A stretch of 64,000 nucleotides of DNA from Tubiluchus corallicola (Eukaryota; Animalia; Priapulida), in contig JAQGDQ010000299.1 of NCBI GenBank assembly GCA_030141605.1, positions 1-64,000 of the forward strand, written 5' to 3'. The notes under the pieces were generated by a model. It ran no database searches. It worked only from the letters and a program-made list of their open reading frames with translations, and was not told where the DNA came from. Made by a program: the position numbers and the translations under genes. This document shows, piece after piece, positions 1-63,219 of the stretch; the first letter of the stretch is position 1, and each line of letters opens with the position of its first letter.

Positions 1-6
1 AGAGAA

Positions 7-64
<58 letters not shown>

Positions 65-101
65 GGGGAGAGAGAGAGACAGAAATAAAAAAGAGAGAGA
101 A

Positions 102-200
<99 letters not shown>

Positions 201-409
201 CTGGGGTGACCATTTTCTGGTCTACAAAGACATATTGTCTTCGATTCCTGTTTCACTTAGTCTAGCTTGTACTAGACGCATTTGCGTAGAAGGATGTATG
301 TTTTACAATAAAGCAATCAGTGATTGTCCATCTGTACGACAGGAGTTTATATTATTTTTAGATGGATAATTCTCTTGCTAGGTTTACTGTTCACTGATCA
401 TTTAAAGTA

Positions 410-466
<57 letters not shown>
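1..466. repeat. (GA)n microsatellites (1-200 and 413-466)
   Basis: Direct reading. Confidence 0.95.
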
Positions 467-467
<1 letters not shown>

Positions 468-1115
468 TGAGAGGGAGGGAGCGCAATAGGAACAATTACT
501 TTGTGTTATTATGCCGTGCTATTATCGTAAAAATGATGTTAGATTTTGTAGTTGTAGAAAACGCGCAACAAAATTTATCATTTTTGTCTTCAGGAAAAAT
601 ATTAAAAAGTTAACGTAGCGCAGAATGAACGTTTAACATTCATTTTTGTACTGTGTTTAAAAGTCAACTAATAAAATGTAGGTCTATTGTGCGGTCTAAA
701 GTGAGCAAAGCATTTATTTGCTCGCTCGACACATGTAACCGCGCGTTTTACATACAACTTTACATATTATTTTTCAATTACAGCCTGGCAGATGAGCTTA
801 GTGACATAGATAAATGTTGCCCTAATGTAAATCTTACAAAGCAGGAAAAAAAACAGATCTGTAACTGCACGAAGGCCCTAGTTGGAATTGGTTACACAAA
901 ACATGGTGAATAAACGGAGATGCATTTGCGACATTACTTCATTTTTATTGCCAGTAAACACAAATTAACAAAAACAAAACATCAGGGCTGTCATCCTGAG
1001 CAGCCGATATTACTTCCACCTCAATAACAACTCCCTAACTAGGTCAAAAGCAAGTACAGAACACAGGTGAGAAGCCAACCTGACGCTTAAATTAAAATCG
1101 GCAGGCGGGTCATAA

Positions 1116-1118
<3 letters not shown>

Positions 1119-1186
<68 letters not shown>
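1119..1186. repeat. (TA)n microsatellite
   Basis: Direct reading. Confidence 0.95.
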
Positions 1187-1190
<4 letters not shown>

Positions 1191-1249
1191 TCTTGGTGAG
1201 CATCTCGAGGTAGCGGGGAGGTACATATATGTAAGGGCAGGTTACAAAC

Positions 1250-4200
1250 CTCGCCATCCTGATACCAATAAACAGTTGTTGTCATCACATTGGGGTCCGC
1301 ATTTATTGAGATACAAATGAATGTCCAACGGACAGTGACATCTACTGGACTGGTTGGCGCAAAATACCTGCAACAAAAAATAAGAGATCTCGGGCGTGGT
1401 CATTGTCATTATCGTTAATTGTTGTTGTCGTTGTTTTTGTTGTTGTTATTGTTGCTGTTACTCTAAGACTATCCATGTATGTATGCGTCAATGTTATTAT
1501 AGGCCTGGTACATCACGAAATACCATTGCTATGATTACTAGATTGAGACTCGAACGTCCGAATTCGATTCGGACGAGTTTTTTTAGATGGAATTCGATTA
1601 TAGGTTCGAATAATTCAATACTTCAGCCACGTATGCTCTTTATCATTAAAATGTCTGAAACAGCATGCAATTAGCATTATTTAGGTGCAGTTTTCATGCA
1701 AATTTTTTAACAAACTAATAGTGGTTTTAATGTACAACAGAATCAAGTAATATGAATGATTTTCGTAAAACCAGTTTTTACTAGTGGCTCGAAAACTTGT
1801 TCCAAAATCTTTCAAATTCAATTCGAATTCGATTCGGTTCGATTCGAATTCGTTTTCTGGTAGAGAATGCTCACCCCTAATGATTACTATGTACTGAACA
1901 TGATTGTATATTCACTATTAAGCCAACTAGCACTGTTAAACGAAGACCGGACAATTGTTTAGACTCAATCTCATTTAATTTACTGCCAAAATACGCATTT
2001 TCTTGCCTACAAAAGTTAACATTTGTCCCTTATATTTGAATAATTAGCTTAGAATAAAAGTTAATTAACGGTAACCGAACAGACCTATTGCTTACGTCAG
2101 AAACTAACCACAATTTGTGCAATGGCAGGCGTCTTCCCTTGCACAAAAAGCACATTTGCATAGGCGTCACAGTACTGTTTAAATGCATGATGTCACGAAG
2201 AGTGGGCTTTACATCATATGACGTCATGAAACTAATACTGCAGTTCATGATCATGCTTATCAAAGTACCGCCTTCTATTTATCGGCCACGCGCACCTGAC
2301 AAAAAGGCGCCGCTGCCAATCTTAGTAGATTCACTGAACCGCGCGTAGCTTTGAAAGTTTAACGAAATTTGAATATCCGAGGTAATTATTATGCAATCTA
2401 AGCTTTGATTTAAAATAAGCTATTGTAGTTTTCAATATTTTAGAGCATTCTTTATTCTGAACTCATGTTTACACATTCATCCGGTTTTCATTTAATAATT
2501 CACTTTAACAGCTACAACTTTTGCTGCTACTGACTAACTTTCACTTACAGTGTGCCAATGTCGTACCCAAAACTCACGTGCACAGTGCCACTAGGGGTCA
2601 CGGCTATATGGATTTCTGGTGATACCCGATCGCTTGTTAAAGCCAAGACATTTCCAATCCCTTTCATCCACCTACAAAGTCAATAATAAATTATTTATAA
2701 TTATATTGTAGTCCTGAAGTATACTTCTGCATCTTCCAATGCCGTCACGCAAAGAAGGCAAAGCCACGTGTTCATTAGCCGGGAATGCGTGGCGGCTCGT
2801 GTATAGGTACTGTGGAACTGCAGCACCCCAGCTACGTGTTCATTAGTAGGGAATGCGTGGCGGCTCGTGTATAGGTACTGTGGAACTGCAGCACCCCAGC
2901 TACGTGTTCATTAGTAGGGAATGCGTGGCGGCTCGTGTATAGGTACTGTGGAACTGCAACACCCCAGCTAAGTGTTCATTAGTGGGGAATGCGTGGCGGC
3001 TCGTGTATAGGTACTGTGGAACTGCAGCACCCCAGCTACGTGTTCATTAGTAGGGAATCCGTGGCGGCTCGTGTATAGGTACTGTGGAACTGCAACACCC
3101 CAGCTACGTGTTCATTAGTAGGGAATCCGTGGCGGCTCGTGTATAGGCACTGTGGAACTGCAACACCCCAGCTACGTGTTCATTAGTAGGGAATGCGTGG
3201 CGGCTCGTGTATAGGCACTGTGGAACTGCAGCACTCCAGCTACGTGTTCATTAGTAGGGAATGCGTGGCGGCTCGTGTATAGGTACTGTGGAACTGCAAC
3301 ACCCCAGCTACGTGTTCATTAGTAGGGATCCGTGGCGGCTCGTGTATAGGCACTGTGGAACTGCAACACCCCAGCTATGTGTTCATTAGTAGGGAATGCG
3401 TGGCGGCTCGTGTATAGGCACTGTGGAACTGCAGCACTCCAGCTACGTGTTCATTAGTAGGGAATGCGTGGCGGCTCGTGTATAGGTACCGTGGAACTGC
3501 AACACCCCAGCTACGTGTTCATTAGTGGGGAATGCGTGGCGGCTCGTGTATAGGTACTGTGGAACTGCAGCACCCCAGCTACGTGTTCATTAGTGGGGAA
3601 TGCGTGGCGGCTCGTGTATAGGTACTGTGGAACTGCAGCACCCCAGCTACGTGTTCATTAGTGGGGAATGCGTGGCGACTCGTGTATAGGTGCTGTGGAA
3701 CTGCAACACCCCAGCTACGTGTTCATTAGTAGGGAATGCGTGGCGGCTCGTGTATAGGTACTGTGGAACTGCAGCACCCCAGCTACGTGTTCGTTAGTAG
3801 GGAATCCGTGGCGGGTCGTGTATAGGCACTGTGGAACTGCAGCACCCCAGCTACGTGTTCATTAGTAGGGAATCCGTGGCGGCTCGTGTATAGGTACTGT
3901 GGAACTGCAGCACCCCAGCTACGTGTTCATTCGTAGGGAATGCGTGGCGGCTCGTGTATAGGTACTGTGGAACTGCAGCACCCCAGCTACGTGTTCATTA
4001 GTGGGGAATGCGTGGCGGCTCGTGTATAGGCACTGTGGAACTGCAGCACCCCAGCTACGTGTTCATTAGCAGGGAATGCGTGGCGGCTCGTGTATAGGCA
4101 CTGTGGAACTGCAGCACCCCAGCTACGTGTTCATTAGCAGGGAATGCGTGGCGGCTCGTGTATAGGCACTGTGGAACTGCAGCACCCCAGCTACGTGTTC

Positions 4201-5446
4201 ATTAGCAGGGAATGCGTGGCGGCTCGTGTATAGGCACTGTGGAACTGCAGCACCCCAGCTACGTGTTCATTAGCAGGGAATGCGTGGCGGCTCGTGTATA
4301 GGCACTGTGGAACTGCAGCACCCCAGCTACGTGTTCATTAGCAGGGAATGCGTGGCGGCTCGTGTATAGGCACTGTGGAACTGCAGCACCCTCGTTTTAT
4401 CAGCACCTTCGATATTATCAAATGAAATTCGTTTTATAACCGAGAACAGTTCAGACCCCGGTCCCTGAACTCACGCCTGACTTGTTGAAAACAGATACAA
4501 CTGGATATCAAGAATACAGTTACATAGACAGTTAGTTCAAAAAGACAAGTAATTCATTAGTTGATACTTAAAATTGAAATACACAAAGACCACAGAGTAT
4601 ATACAAAGCCCTATTTGTTATGCAAAAGTATGATTGTTCAATAACTCGTGTTTAATTTAAAAGTCCAAAATTCCAAATAATTTAGCTTACTTCAACACAC
4701 AGTTACACGTACAATCAATTTAGTAGCAAAACGTTTAGTAGTATCAGTTCTTTTACGTCACCTATAGACAAAATTTAGACGATTCTGACCCAATAAACTA
4801 ATAGGTTTACCCAATAAAAACATACTATGATTTAGATTTATGTATCGGCGTCGCTTAAAAATTGCAGTTATTTCATGCAGCTTGATAAAATAATTGCAAT
4901 TCCACTATTACGTAAAAAGTGGCTTATTATCAAAGCAAAACGGGACCCAGTGTTAAAGTGTAGGTCAAAACTTCATATTATTATTATGCATTTTGTACGA
5001 TAATAAAGATTAGCATTTTCCTTACTAGATCATGAATAATGTCGCCGGAAGCGTCCTAAAATTCGCTCTATGTAGCCAAACCAGGCAAAAGAATCTGTAA
5101 ACTCACATCAACAACCCATGTTCAGTTACCCACCATACCAAATTCATCACATCACAACCTCCACTGCACCCACACCAAACTGATCACATCACGTATCCAC
5201 GCAGATGTAAATATGCGTACGTGGCTGTTACAGCCACTGTAACTACAGTTACCACGAGACTTTTCCATCTGTATGAAATCTCTTCCATTTCCACGTAGGT
5301 TTTTTTTACTTACCAGCAAATTGAAGCTTCCTCGTAATAACCTTCATCAAAGTTATCAGCAGAAAATGTAGCGTAGTCTGAGCCATCCAACGAACGATAT
5401 TGGAGGTCATAAATCAGTGGGTCGAGTGAATTGCATGGTACAGGAT
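1250..5446 (-). CDS. Internal exons of a pentraxin/LamG-domain protein gene (partial)
   Basis: Exons 5446-5314, 2671-2549 and 1367-1250 join in phase: DPVPCNSLDPLIYDLQYRSLDGSDYATFSADNFDEGYYEEASICW/WMKGIGNVLALTSDRVSPEIHIAVTPSGTVHVSFGYDIGTL/YFAPTSPVDVTVRWTFICISINADPNVMTTTVYWYQDGE. The DYA...SICWWMK and WxxICxS...YxDG motifs fit a pentraxin/LamG fold. Clean GT-AG sites. Confidence 0.75.
1539..1879. mobile_element. hAT-type MITE
   Basis: TAG...CCCTA termini, 8-bp TSD ATGATTAC on both sides, subterminal CGAATTCGATTCG repeats. Confidence 0.75.
2763..4392. repeat. 68-bp GC-rich minisatellite, about 24 copies
   Basis: Unit GCTACGTGTTCATTAGTAGGGAATGCGTGGCGGCTCGTGTATAGGTACTGTGGAACTGCAGCACCCCA, starting at 2831, 2899, etc.; no spacers. 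Confidence 0.97.
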
Positions 5447-5449
5447 CTG

Positions 5450-5880
5450 CAATGAATGAATGAACGAACGAATGAATGAATGAATGAGTGAGTAAGTGGG
5501 TTTTGGGTGGGTGGGTGGGTGTATGGGTGGATGGATGGATGGATGGATGGATGGATGGATGGGTGAGTGAGTGAATGAATGAATGAATGAATGAATGAGT
5601 GAATGAGTGAGTGAGTGAATGAATGAATGAATGAATGAATGAATGAATGAATGAATGAATGAATGAATGAATGAATGAATGAATGAATGAATGAATGAAT
5701 GAATGAATGAATGAATGAGTGAATGAATGGATGAGTGAGTGAGTGAGTGAGTGAGTGAATGAATGAATGAATGAGTGAATAAATGAGTGAATGAACGAAC
5801 GAACGAACGAACGAATGAGTGAATGCAAATGATTAAAATAAATAAATGGATAAATGAATGAATGAATAAATAAATGCATT
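5450..5880. repeat. (GAAT)n/(GAGT)n/(GGAT)n tetranucleotide microsatellite
   Basis: Direct reading; abuts the acceptor of the - strand exon at 5446. Confidence 0.95.
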
Positions 5881-8189
5881 TATAAATAACTAAATAAGTA
5901 AGCAAACAAATAAACAAGCTAAATTCTTTGTTTAAATGAAGAAAAATAACAATTAAGAAATGGAGTTTATGCATGCCAAAAAAATTCAATTTTAGGAAAT
6001 TTCTTCGTTGAATTAACAAGCGCTGACAGTCATACTGGAAGAGTGTTACTAGAACAAATATTTGTTTTCTTCGTAAGAATTAGTGACCTGAGTACGAGTG
6101 ACAATATAGCAACTCATTTAGCAAGCGCTCATAAGCTATCAGTAACTTAAGTAAGATTTTTTTACCTTTAAAAAGGGAGCTAGTTGAACTTGAATCTGAA
6201 CTACTTTTCTTTGCTCCATACTTTTTCGCTTCGACTTGTGTAGAAATGGCCTATAAAAGCGAAACAGTTGTTGAATTGTTGATTTTAACTCTTAATCTGG
6301 ATCACATCCATGCATTTAATTTTTAATTATACGTTGTAAGGTTGAGGCTATGCACCTTTACCATTCGTTCATGAATCCTTCACTATAATTTCAGTGCTGA
6401 CGTATTTGTTTAAACTCTTCGTACAGTCATTAATCAGCTACAGTAAATTTCTACATTGCATTTGCCCAAAACGATAACAGATTAATAGATTAGTAGGTTA
6501 ATCGATTAGATGAAAATTGTATCTTTAATTTTGCTTACGAAGTGATGACGTAATATTCCATCGTGGTTCGTTCATAGAGTTTTATGTCTTCCGTGGAAAA
6601 GGGCTAGTAGCTTTATTGTGGAAAAAGGAAGTTTACGGATTTTTTCGTGTTTTAGAGTGCAAATTTTTTCTCTGACACGATAACTGTGGTAGCATTCTAG
6701 GTAGGTTAATAGGTCATCCATACGGTCATTCAAAACACGGCCATTGTCAAGTTTGTCAGTGTTGAAAGACCGTTGAATGGACTCCGAGAATGACAGAAAT
6801 TTGAATGTCATTCAAGTTTTATAATATTGTGACGGATTCGGGTTCCTTTGCGCCGATCCGTCTCAGAATGTATAGAGCGGCATACAAGTTATGAAATACT
6901 TTACAGCAGACGAGAAAAGTAAAAAAAAATATACGAATGTAAAATAAACTTTAATGCACAACCAGTAACTCCGTGACATGTGAACAGACTTTGGTATAAA
7001 AATCAGCAAACCTACAGCATTCACCCTTACAGACAGAAAGGCCAGGTGGGAATCGTCAAATTACGGCGTGCATTGTTTTATACAGGTACATTTGCATTAC
7101 TGGGCTTCTCGAACGTACCCATTACTAACATTAGGGGGTTGGTCATAATCTGCCTTCGTAACACTATCAAGCTGATCTTGACTTTCGTCAGTGTCTGTCG
7201 TCATTCACAAAATGAACAGCCAATCATAATGGGCCCTTGTGACTCAGCTAGAACAGCACATTTATAGCAGGTGCATAAACGGCGAGCTGTCACTAAAAAC
7301 TGTGAATTGTTAACAAAAATGATTGCACAAATTACATTTTGCAAGTGTGTGAATGTAGCAATTTCCGTGAGTGAGTTTTCGTAAGTTTCTCAGACATGAA
7401 TATCAAAATGTACAGCAACTGCGGCGAACATGCTACTTATTTATTTATTTATTTATTTTTACTTAATACGTAATCTTTATTTAAAACAAAAATATTTACA
7501 AGAAAGTATAAAATATAAAGCAGGATTAAACGTATGTACAGCACAGAATAAAGTTTTACCAATAAAAGGTCTAGTTGAAAGATTACGGTTAAAAGTACGA
7601 AGAGCCAAGGCTCTTCAATTCAATTCAATAGGTTTTTATTTGGCTGATTTGCAACACAAAACATTAAACTATTTACATAATGATAATAAAAATACAATGA
7701 TAAAAACATAAACGGTTTGGAAATTGTACAAATCAGTCTCGAGGAGAGCTGGAGTGAGCTTTCGAGACTCACCACTAGACGGCGCAAGAGTAGGAGCTGA
7801 GCTTTCGAGACTCACCCTGAGAGTGCCTATAAAATGATTATTAAGATTTAGACCTTTTTAAACGGTTTTTAGAAAGACTGCTGCTCTGAACACAGACCAA
7901 GGGGCAATATTTGCATTATTTGGGGATAAAAATTTTGGGGATCCAATAATCGAACGTACGTGGTGTTATCAGAATAAAATTCTTTTTCGCTTCTACTTTT
8001 AATTGCCGAAATATTTGATCATAAATTGTTTAATTTTACTTTCCCTTTGCAGCAGATACTAAAACAAATCTCGTTCTCGTTCAAGCCGTTGATGGCGCTA
8101 TTTCAGATGTGGAGTGAAGTTACAGAACACCTTTTCAACAAATAGTTATGCGCAAAATAACTCTCAGTGAGAACTGATCGTGTAAATTA

Positions 8190-8807
8190 TTGTTTATTGA
8201 AAACAATATAACCGGGTAACACAGGTCTGATAAAAGTGTTTATTGAAAACAATATAACGGAGTAACGCAGGTCTGATAAAAGTGTTTATTGAAAACAATA
8301 TAACGGAGTAACGCAGGTCTGATAAAAGTGTTTATTGAAAGCAATATAACGGAGTAACGCAGGTCTGATAAAAGTGTTTATTGAAAACAATATAACGGAG
8401 TAACGCAGGTCTGATAAAAGTGTTTATTGAAAACAATATAACGGAGTAACGCAGGTCCGATAAAAGTGTTCATTGAAAACAATATAGCGGAGTAACGCAG
8501 GTCTGATAAAAGTACTTATTGAAAACAATATAACGCAGTAACGCAGGTCTGATAAAAGTGCTTATTGAAAACAATATAACGGAGTAACGCAGGTCTGATA
8601 AAAATGTTCATTGAAAACAATATAACGCAGTAACGCAGGTCTGATAAAAGTGTTCATTGAAAACAATATAACGGAGTAACGCAGGTCTGATAAAAGTGTC
8701 CATTGAAAACAATATAACGAGTAACACAGGTCTGATAAAAGTGTTTAGTGAAAACAATATAACGGAGTAACGCAGGTCTGATAAAAGTGTTTATTGAAAA
8801 CAATATA
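8190..8807. repeat. 46-bp minisatellite, about 13 copies
   Basis: Unit GTTTATTGAAAACAATATAACGGAGTAACGCAGGTCTGATAAAAGT. Confidence 0.96.
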
Positions 8808-9686
8808 AAGCTATTTTTACGTAATAACGCATTTTGCATTCCGGATGTCCGGTAAACACCGCCTAAAGTTTGGAACAACTTACTTTAGTAAATGCGGCAG
8901 CGCTAGAACGGTTAGAAAAAAATACTTGCCAAAATAGTTGCTGTCAAAATCCATGTTATCAGTGTCATAATTTCTACTAGCTACGTATTCAAGATATCTG
9001 CGCAAGTTTACAGAGTTAGAAAGTCATTGGGATTAACGAAACACACCAACTACCCAATTTCTAACAAAATGACTTGTAAAATCTCTCCTTTCGTTAAATC
9101 AGAGCCTCACAGCGGCAGTTTAGCAAAACGATGATTAATGCTAATTGCGGAACTGACCGCAATCAGCATAGTTTTTCAATCGCCACGTTTGGCACCATGA
9201 AAAAGTCATTAGTCTTGAACTTTACTGCCAATTAACCTGCAAATGACAAGTGCATTTCTTAGTTTCTCGCGAGAGTTCACTAGTAACTGACGGTGAATGT
9301 TAATTGGGGGTAAATTTAAACAAAACGGGTCAAGATTGTACTTTTGTCCCCATTACTGCGTTGAAAAAATGTTATTTATTTGATTCTGCGTTTTTTTAAT
9401 TAATTTATTTTTTCATTTATCAGTTACTATGTCTTGCTCGTTTTGCTTGTGCTTGTTTATTTGATTATTAAATTATATCATCAAATGTTCGTTTGATCGT
9501 TTCACTTTTTCATCGTTGATTCGTTCGTTTGTTCACTCGTTCATTCGCTCATTTTGCTACTTCCTTGTCTGTTCGCTTGCTGGCTAGTTATGCTTACCCA
9601 AACTAACGACTGACTACGGCAAATCTATTGCTACAATACAGTGAGACTGTTCTTTATAACAAAACAGATGAAAATCTAAGATTTAA

Positions 9687-10139
9687 CCCTTTCATACCCG
9701 TTGTATCCCGTAGGATACGAGAATATTTTCTGCCTTTAAAATTTATAAAATTTTAAAACTGATAGTTGTTTGATCTGTTAATAGTTATTTTGATTTAGGC
9801 CAATAACAAGAGACTAAAAGTGGTAATAAAATGGCAAACTAGAAAATCTACATAGCACAAAAAACTGCGCAAGGTACAGTACTTTAGAGACACTTTGTAC
9901 AGATCAGCATAGCGTGCATGCTAAATGTCTTAAATACTTTAAAAAACTATCAGCAGTTGCAAAATGAAGCACATTTTATGCTTCCATTGAATCCCAATGT
10001 ATCCCGTGGGATACAGGCTATATTTAGCACACGGGCACAGGTAGATAAAAATAATTATTATGTGTGAACAAGATAGACAGAACAAAAGGACCAAGCCAAA
10101 TTTTTTTTTTATTAAAAAAATAATTTGGGACTGAAAGAA
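9687..10139 (+). mobile_element. piggyBac-type MITE, copy 1
   Basis: TTAA|CCCTTTCA...TGAAAGAA|TTAA; homologous (inverted) to 37000-37455. Confidence 0.8.
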
Positions 10140-10875
10140 TTAAAGCATCTTGAAGACAGTTAAAATTCGCTCTTGTCCAAAAACTTTTAAATTAGTTTCT
10201 ATATTCTTAAACTTAACATTAGTGATTTTTTTATCTGTTTTAAGTCATTCATTTTAATGTAATTATACACTTAATCAAGCTTTAAAATCGTATTTTCCTG
10301 TATTTTATGTTTCAGATGAGTTTTTAGAAATGACTCCACGCGAGTAAATTTTTCTAATATTGTCGATATATTTGAAAACGAACACATGTTTAAAATTTGT
10401 TACGATGTATTGAAGTTATTTACGGATTGAGTAATGTTATTTTGAGTCTAGGCCAATGTCTTTCGTCAAGCAAAAAAAAAATCATTCCTGAAGTTTCTGC
10501 CAATACATGATTAGTGATTATTTACAGACTTGTTATCTATACTATTGTATTTCCTATGACAGTTTTACTTGGGCATAGAATTGATGTAGTTACCTATGCA
10601 GCACATTGTATTTATTTTATCTTTGTTGTTCTCAATGTGTCATTTTGGTAACGTCATTTTGGACTATAGTTTTTTCTGGTTACCCAATATTATAGTGTAT
10701 TAGTCTCGAATTATGTAGGATTATATAATCAATAAACTGACTAACTAACTAACCATCACAAACGTTTTTATTAATTAAATTTTATTGCTTAAACACATAT
10801 TTATTGACAGAAATTTTACAAACTGATCTTTGTTTTATTTCTTATTTTATGAAATGTTTTAGAATTTGTCTGATT

Positions 10876-11575
10876 TATAGGTTTTACACGTCAAATGTAG
10901 ACACATGAAAGTTAAAATGTGACTTAGGTAAGTCAAATGTAGATGCATTACTCTAAATAAATCGTAATTAACTTATTTAAGTGCAAATTACAAAAAGATA
11001 AACCAAAGATAGTCATCACCTCTTTCAGAACTTTGAAAAATGCATTGTTTATCGTCAAACTAAATTCTTTGATAAACCATAACGTCGGTAGAAAAGAATA
11101 AATTGGTTCCCACTTCCCAATGAACAGTGAATCACTAACTACTTTTTTCAGTAATGCATTAGCACTGCATTAATGAATTAGTTTCTCTCAAGAAACATTG
11201 TTTATTATTTTAAGAATGTATTGTTTTCTCTAACTGTTCCAATGGTTGGTATGTAAAGTTTGCAGAATATTAGTAAACTATTAGCAGTCCTATAAAGTCA
11301 TTATTTTCACATTCTTAAGAGCAATTATTAAGTTAAGATTAAAGAAGATTTAAAAATTTTACTTGCTTAAACTTTAACACCTATCCACATTTGAGATACC
11401 AATGTCACATTTGAATTAACATGTGTCTACATTTGACTTACCAAAAACGCTTAAGATTTCTTGAAAACCATTGTTAACACACCTAAGTCTACATTTGAGT
11501 TACCAAGACACATGTGGACTACCTAAATCTACATTTGAGTTAACGCAGGTCTACATTTGACATGTAAAACCTATA
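10876..11575. mobile_element. Non-autonomous TIR DNA element with subterminal repeats
   Basis: About 27-bp TIR TATAGGTTTTACACGTCAAATGTAGAC / GTCTACATTTGACATGTAAAACCTATA and several TCTACATTTGA subterminal repeats. Confidence 0.75.
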
Positions 11576-11855
11576 ATAGATGTGCCTAATTTTGTTTTAA
11601 TTCTGTTTTTATTAGGATTAATTTTGCAAATAACTTTAATCTGTCTAATTTAATACTTTTATCTAACTGTTGCTTTCAGCCGGTATCTAATTTTACAAAG
11701 TATTTTGTGATTTATCTGTTTTAGTACTTTAGTAGGTCTTTAGTTTTGATTAATTTTAAGGTATTCTGTTCTATTTTATATTTTAATTAATACTAACATG
11801 TCATGGACCATTAGGGAAATATTGTGTATACAATGTAATGTGCTCCATGCAAAAA

Positions 11856-12085
11856 ATTCTATTCTATTCTATTCTATTCTATTCCAAACCATTCCGTTCT
11901 ATTCTATTCTATTCTATTCTATTCTATTCTATTCTATTCTATTCTATTCTATTCTATTCTATTCTATTCTATTCTATTCTATTCTATTCTATTCCATTCC
12001 ATTCCATTCCATTGTATTCTATTCTATTCTATTCTATTCTATTCTATTCTATTCTATTCTATTCTATTCTATTCTATTCTATTCT
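11856..12085. repeat. (ATTCT)n microsatellite
   Basis: Direct reading. Confidence 0.95.
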
Positions 12086-12314
12086 TGTTTGTTAGTCCGA
12101 TTAACCGTCTGTTTATTCGTTCATTCGCTTGCTTGCTTTCCATCTATCCGTTGTCAATATGTTTATTAGTTTGCGCGTGACGCAAATTAATACGACCCGC
12201 CGACTGACTAACTGACTCATTTGTCAATTAACCAGCAGAGTGTCCTGTCACCTGAACTAACCAAAACGATCCCGGAATGAAAAAACGAACGAATTAGTGA
12301 ATGGACAAAAGAAG

Positions 12315-12602
12315 AATAGAATTCTGTTGTTAACATTCAAAGCTCTGAATGGGTTTGTGCCCTCCTATATATCTGATTTTTTGAAGCTATACGTGCCCAA
12401 TCGTGAACTTAGATCAATTAACTCATCGACACTTGTTGTACCGGGTTATAATCTAGTCAGATATGGTTCTCTTAGTTTTAGCATAGCGGCACCAAAATTG
12501 TGGAACGATTTGCCAATTGATGCAGGTAAAATTAATGATGTTCAAAAACTCAAATCATTCCTTAAAACTTGTTTTTATAATGAAGCCTTTTTAATTAATT
12601 AG
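12315..12602 (+). mobile_element. LINE (L2/CR1 group) ORF2 C-terminal fragment
   Basis: ILLLTFKALNGFVPSYISD...LRS...FSIAAPKLWNDLP...KSFLKT is typical of the L2-group ORF2 end. Confidence 0.8.
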
Positions 12603-12789
12603 AAATTTAATACGGACTTATGGATTTAATTACGGCTGATTTCTAGTGATTTTATATACATGTGTTATGATTTTAGTTTTATTTTTAACACTAAACCTAT
12701 TGTGTATGTACTGTGTATGTGTTAATATTTTATGTATGGAAAATGCATTTGTCCATTTTTAATGTTAATGCATTTTAAATATTCAATAA

Positions 12790-13000
<211 letters not shown>

Positions 13001-13793
13001 AAAACAAAAAAAAACAAACAACAAAACGTAAAAGTGCAAGTTGTTTATTATTTGACTCAATTACCTGTGCACAAAATTTTAAATTAGGTTATAAATACAT
13101 AAAAATTAATTACAGTTCGTTGATAATGTTTAAAAGCTCGGGATTTAAAAAAGATTGAAATTTTTAGTAATCAGCCAGTTTCTTTACTACATTTGTATAT
13201 TATCCTTAGTGAGGGGGGTGGGGGTGGGAACCAGCCTCTGCGCCGAATCCGTAGCGTGCATGGCTTCAATGTGTTTAAGGGCTCCAATGCATGTATGTAG
13301 CAAAGTACAACCAAGTTTCCAAACTGGGATTCATCGCGGGAACCCACTATCTCATCCCATTCTTGTCGAGCAGGATGGAGAAACTTTGAAGATTTTTCAT
13401 TATTTGCATCGTAATAGCTACAACAGTTGCTTTTCGTCTTTGGTTTCTGTTTATATTGATGCTGATTCATTTATCTGCACGGATGATGTCTCGTCTCGAC
13501 GGTATAATTAACATTTAACCTGATTCGAACGTGCGCTGTTGGGATGAAAGTGCAAGTTGTATAATTTCAAGTCTACGCGTGAAATGATGGGTTAGTGAAA
13601 TTAACACAGGAAAACAACGCAAAACATTAGACAACTAAGTATTCTCCACAATGATTATATCATCATATGCATTATAGGCCTAACTTGCAAGTTTGTGATC
13701 TAATAGTGTTTCTCATTGGTTGTGGGTGTTCCGAACGTTAACGTAACCCGCTAAATCACTGTCAGTGTTTCTTCTGTGTTTTTTTACAAAGTG

Positions 13794-63065
<49,272 letters not shown>

Positions 63066-63219
63066 GTAAGATACCGGGAAAAGTATAGATCCCTTTTTTT
63101 AAGCACAGGATTAACCTCCAGCCGCGAAATAGAGCAAAACACACCTGTGACACATTTACGTAGTCATCAGTCAATATAGGCCTATTCTTTCACAGCCCAG
63201 TCGTTCTTATGGCTCAGCC

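Noticed and set aside
2763-4392. CRISPR-like appearance of the regular arrays (also 8190-8807, 44570-46082, 63441-63927)
   Set aside because: Units are contiguous with no unique spacers, there are no cas genes, and the context is eukaryotic introns.
7119-7204. Possible first coding exon of the - strand gene (MTTDTDESQDQLDSVTKADYDQPPNVSN) with nearby TATAAA and TGAGTCA motifs
   Set aside because: No recognisable domain, and I could not link it convincingly in phase to the 5446 exon.
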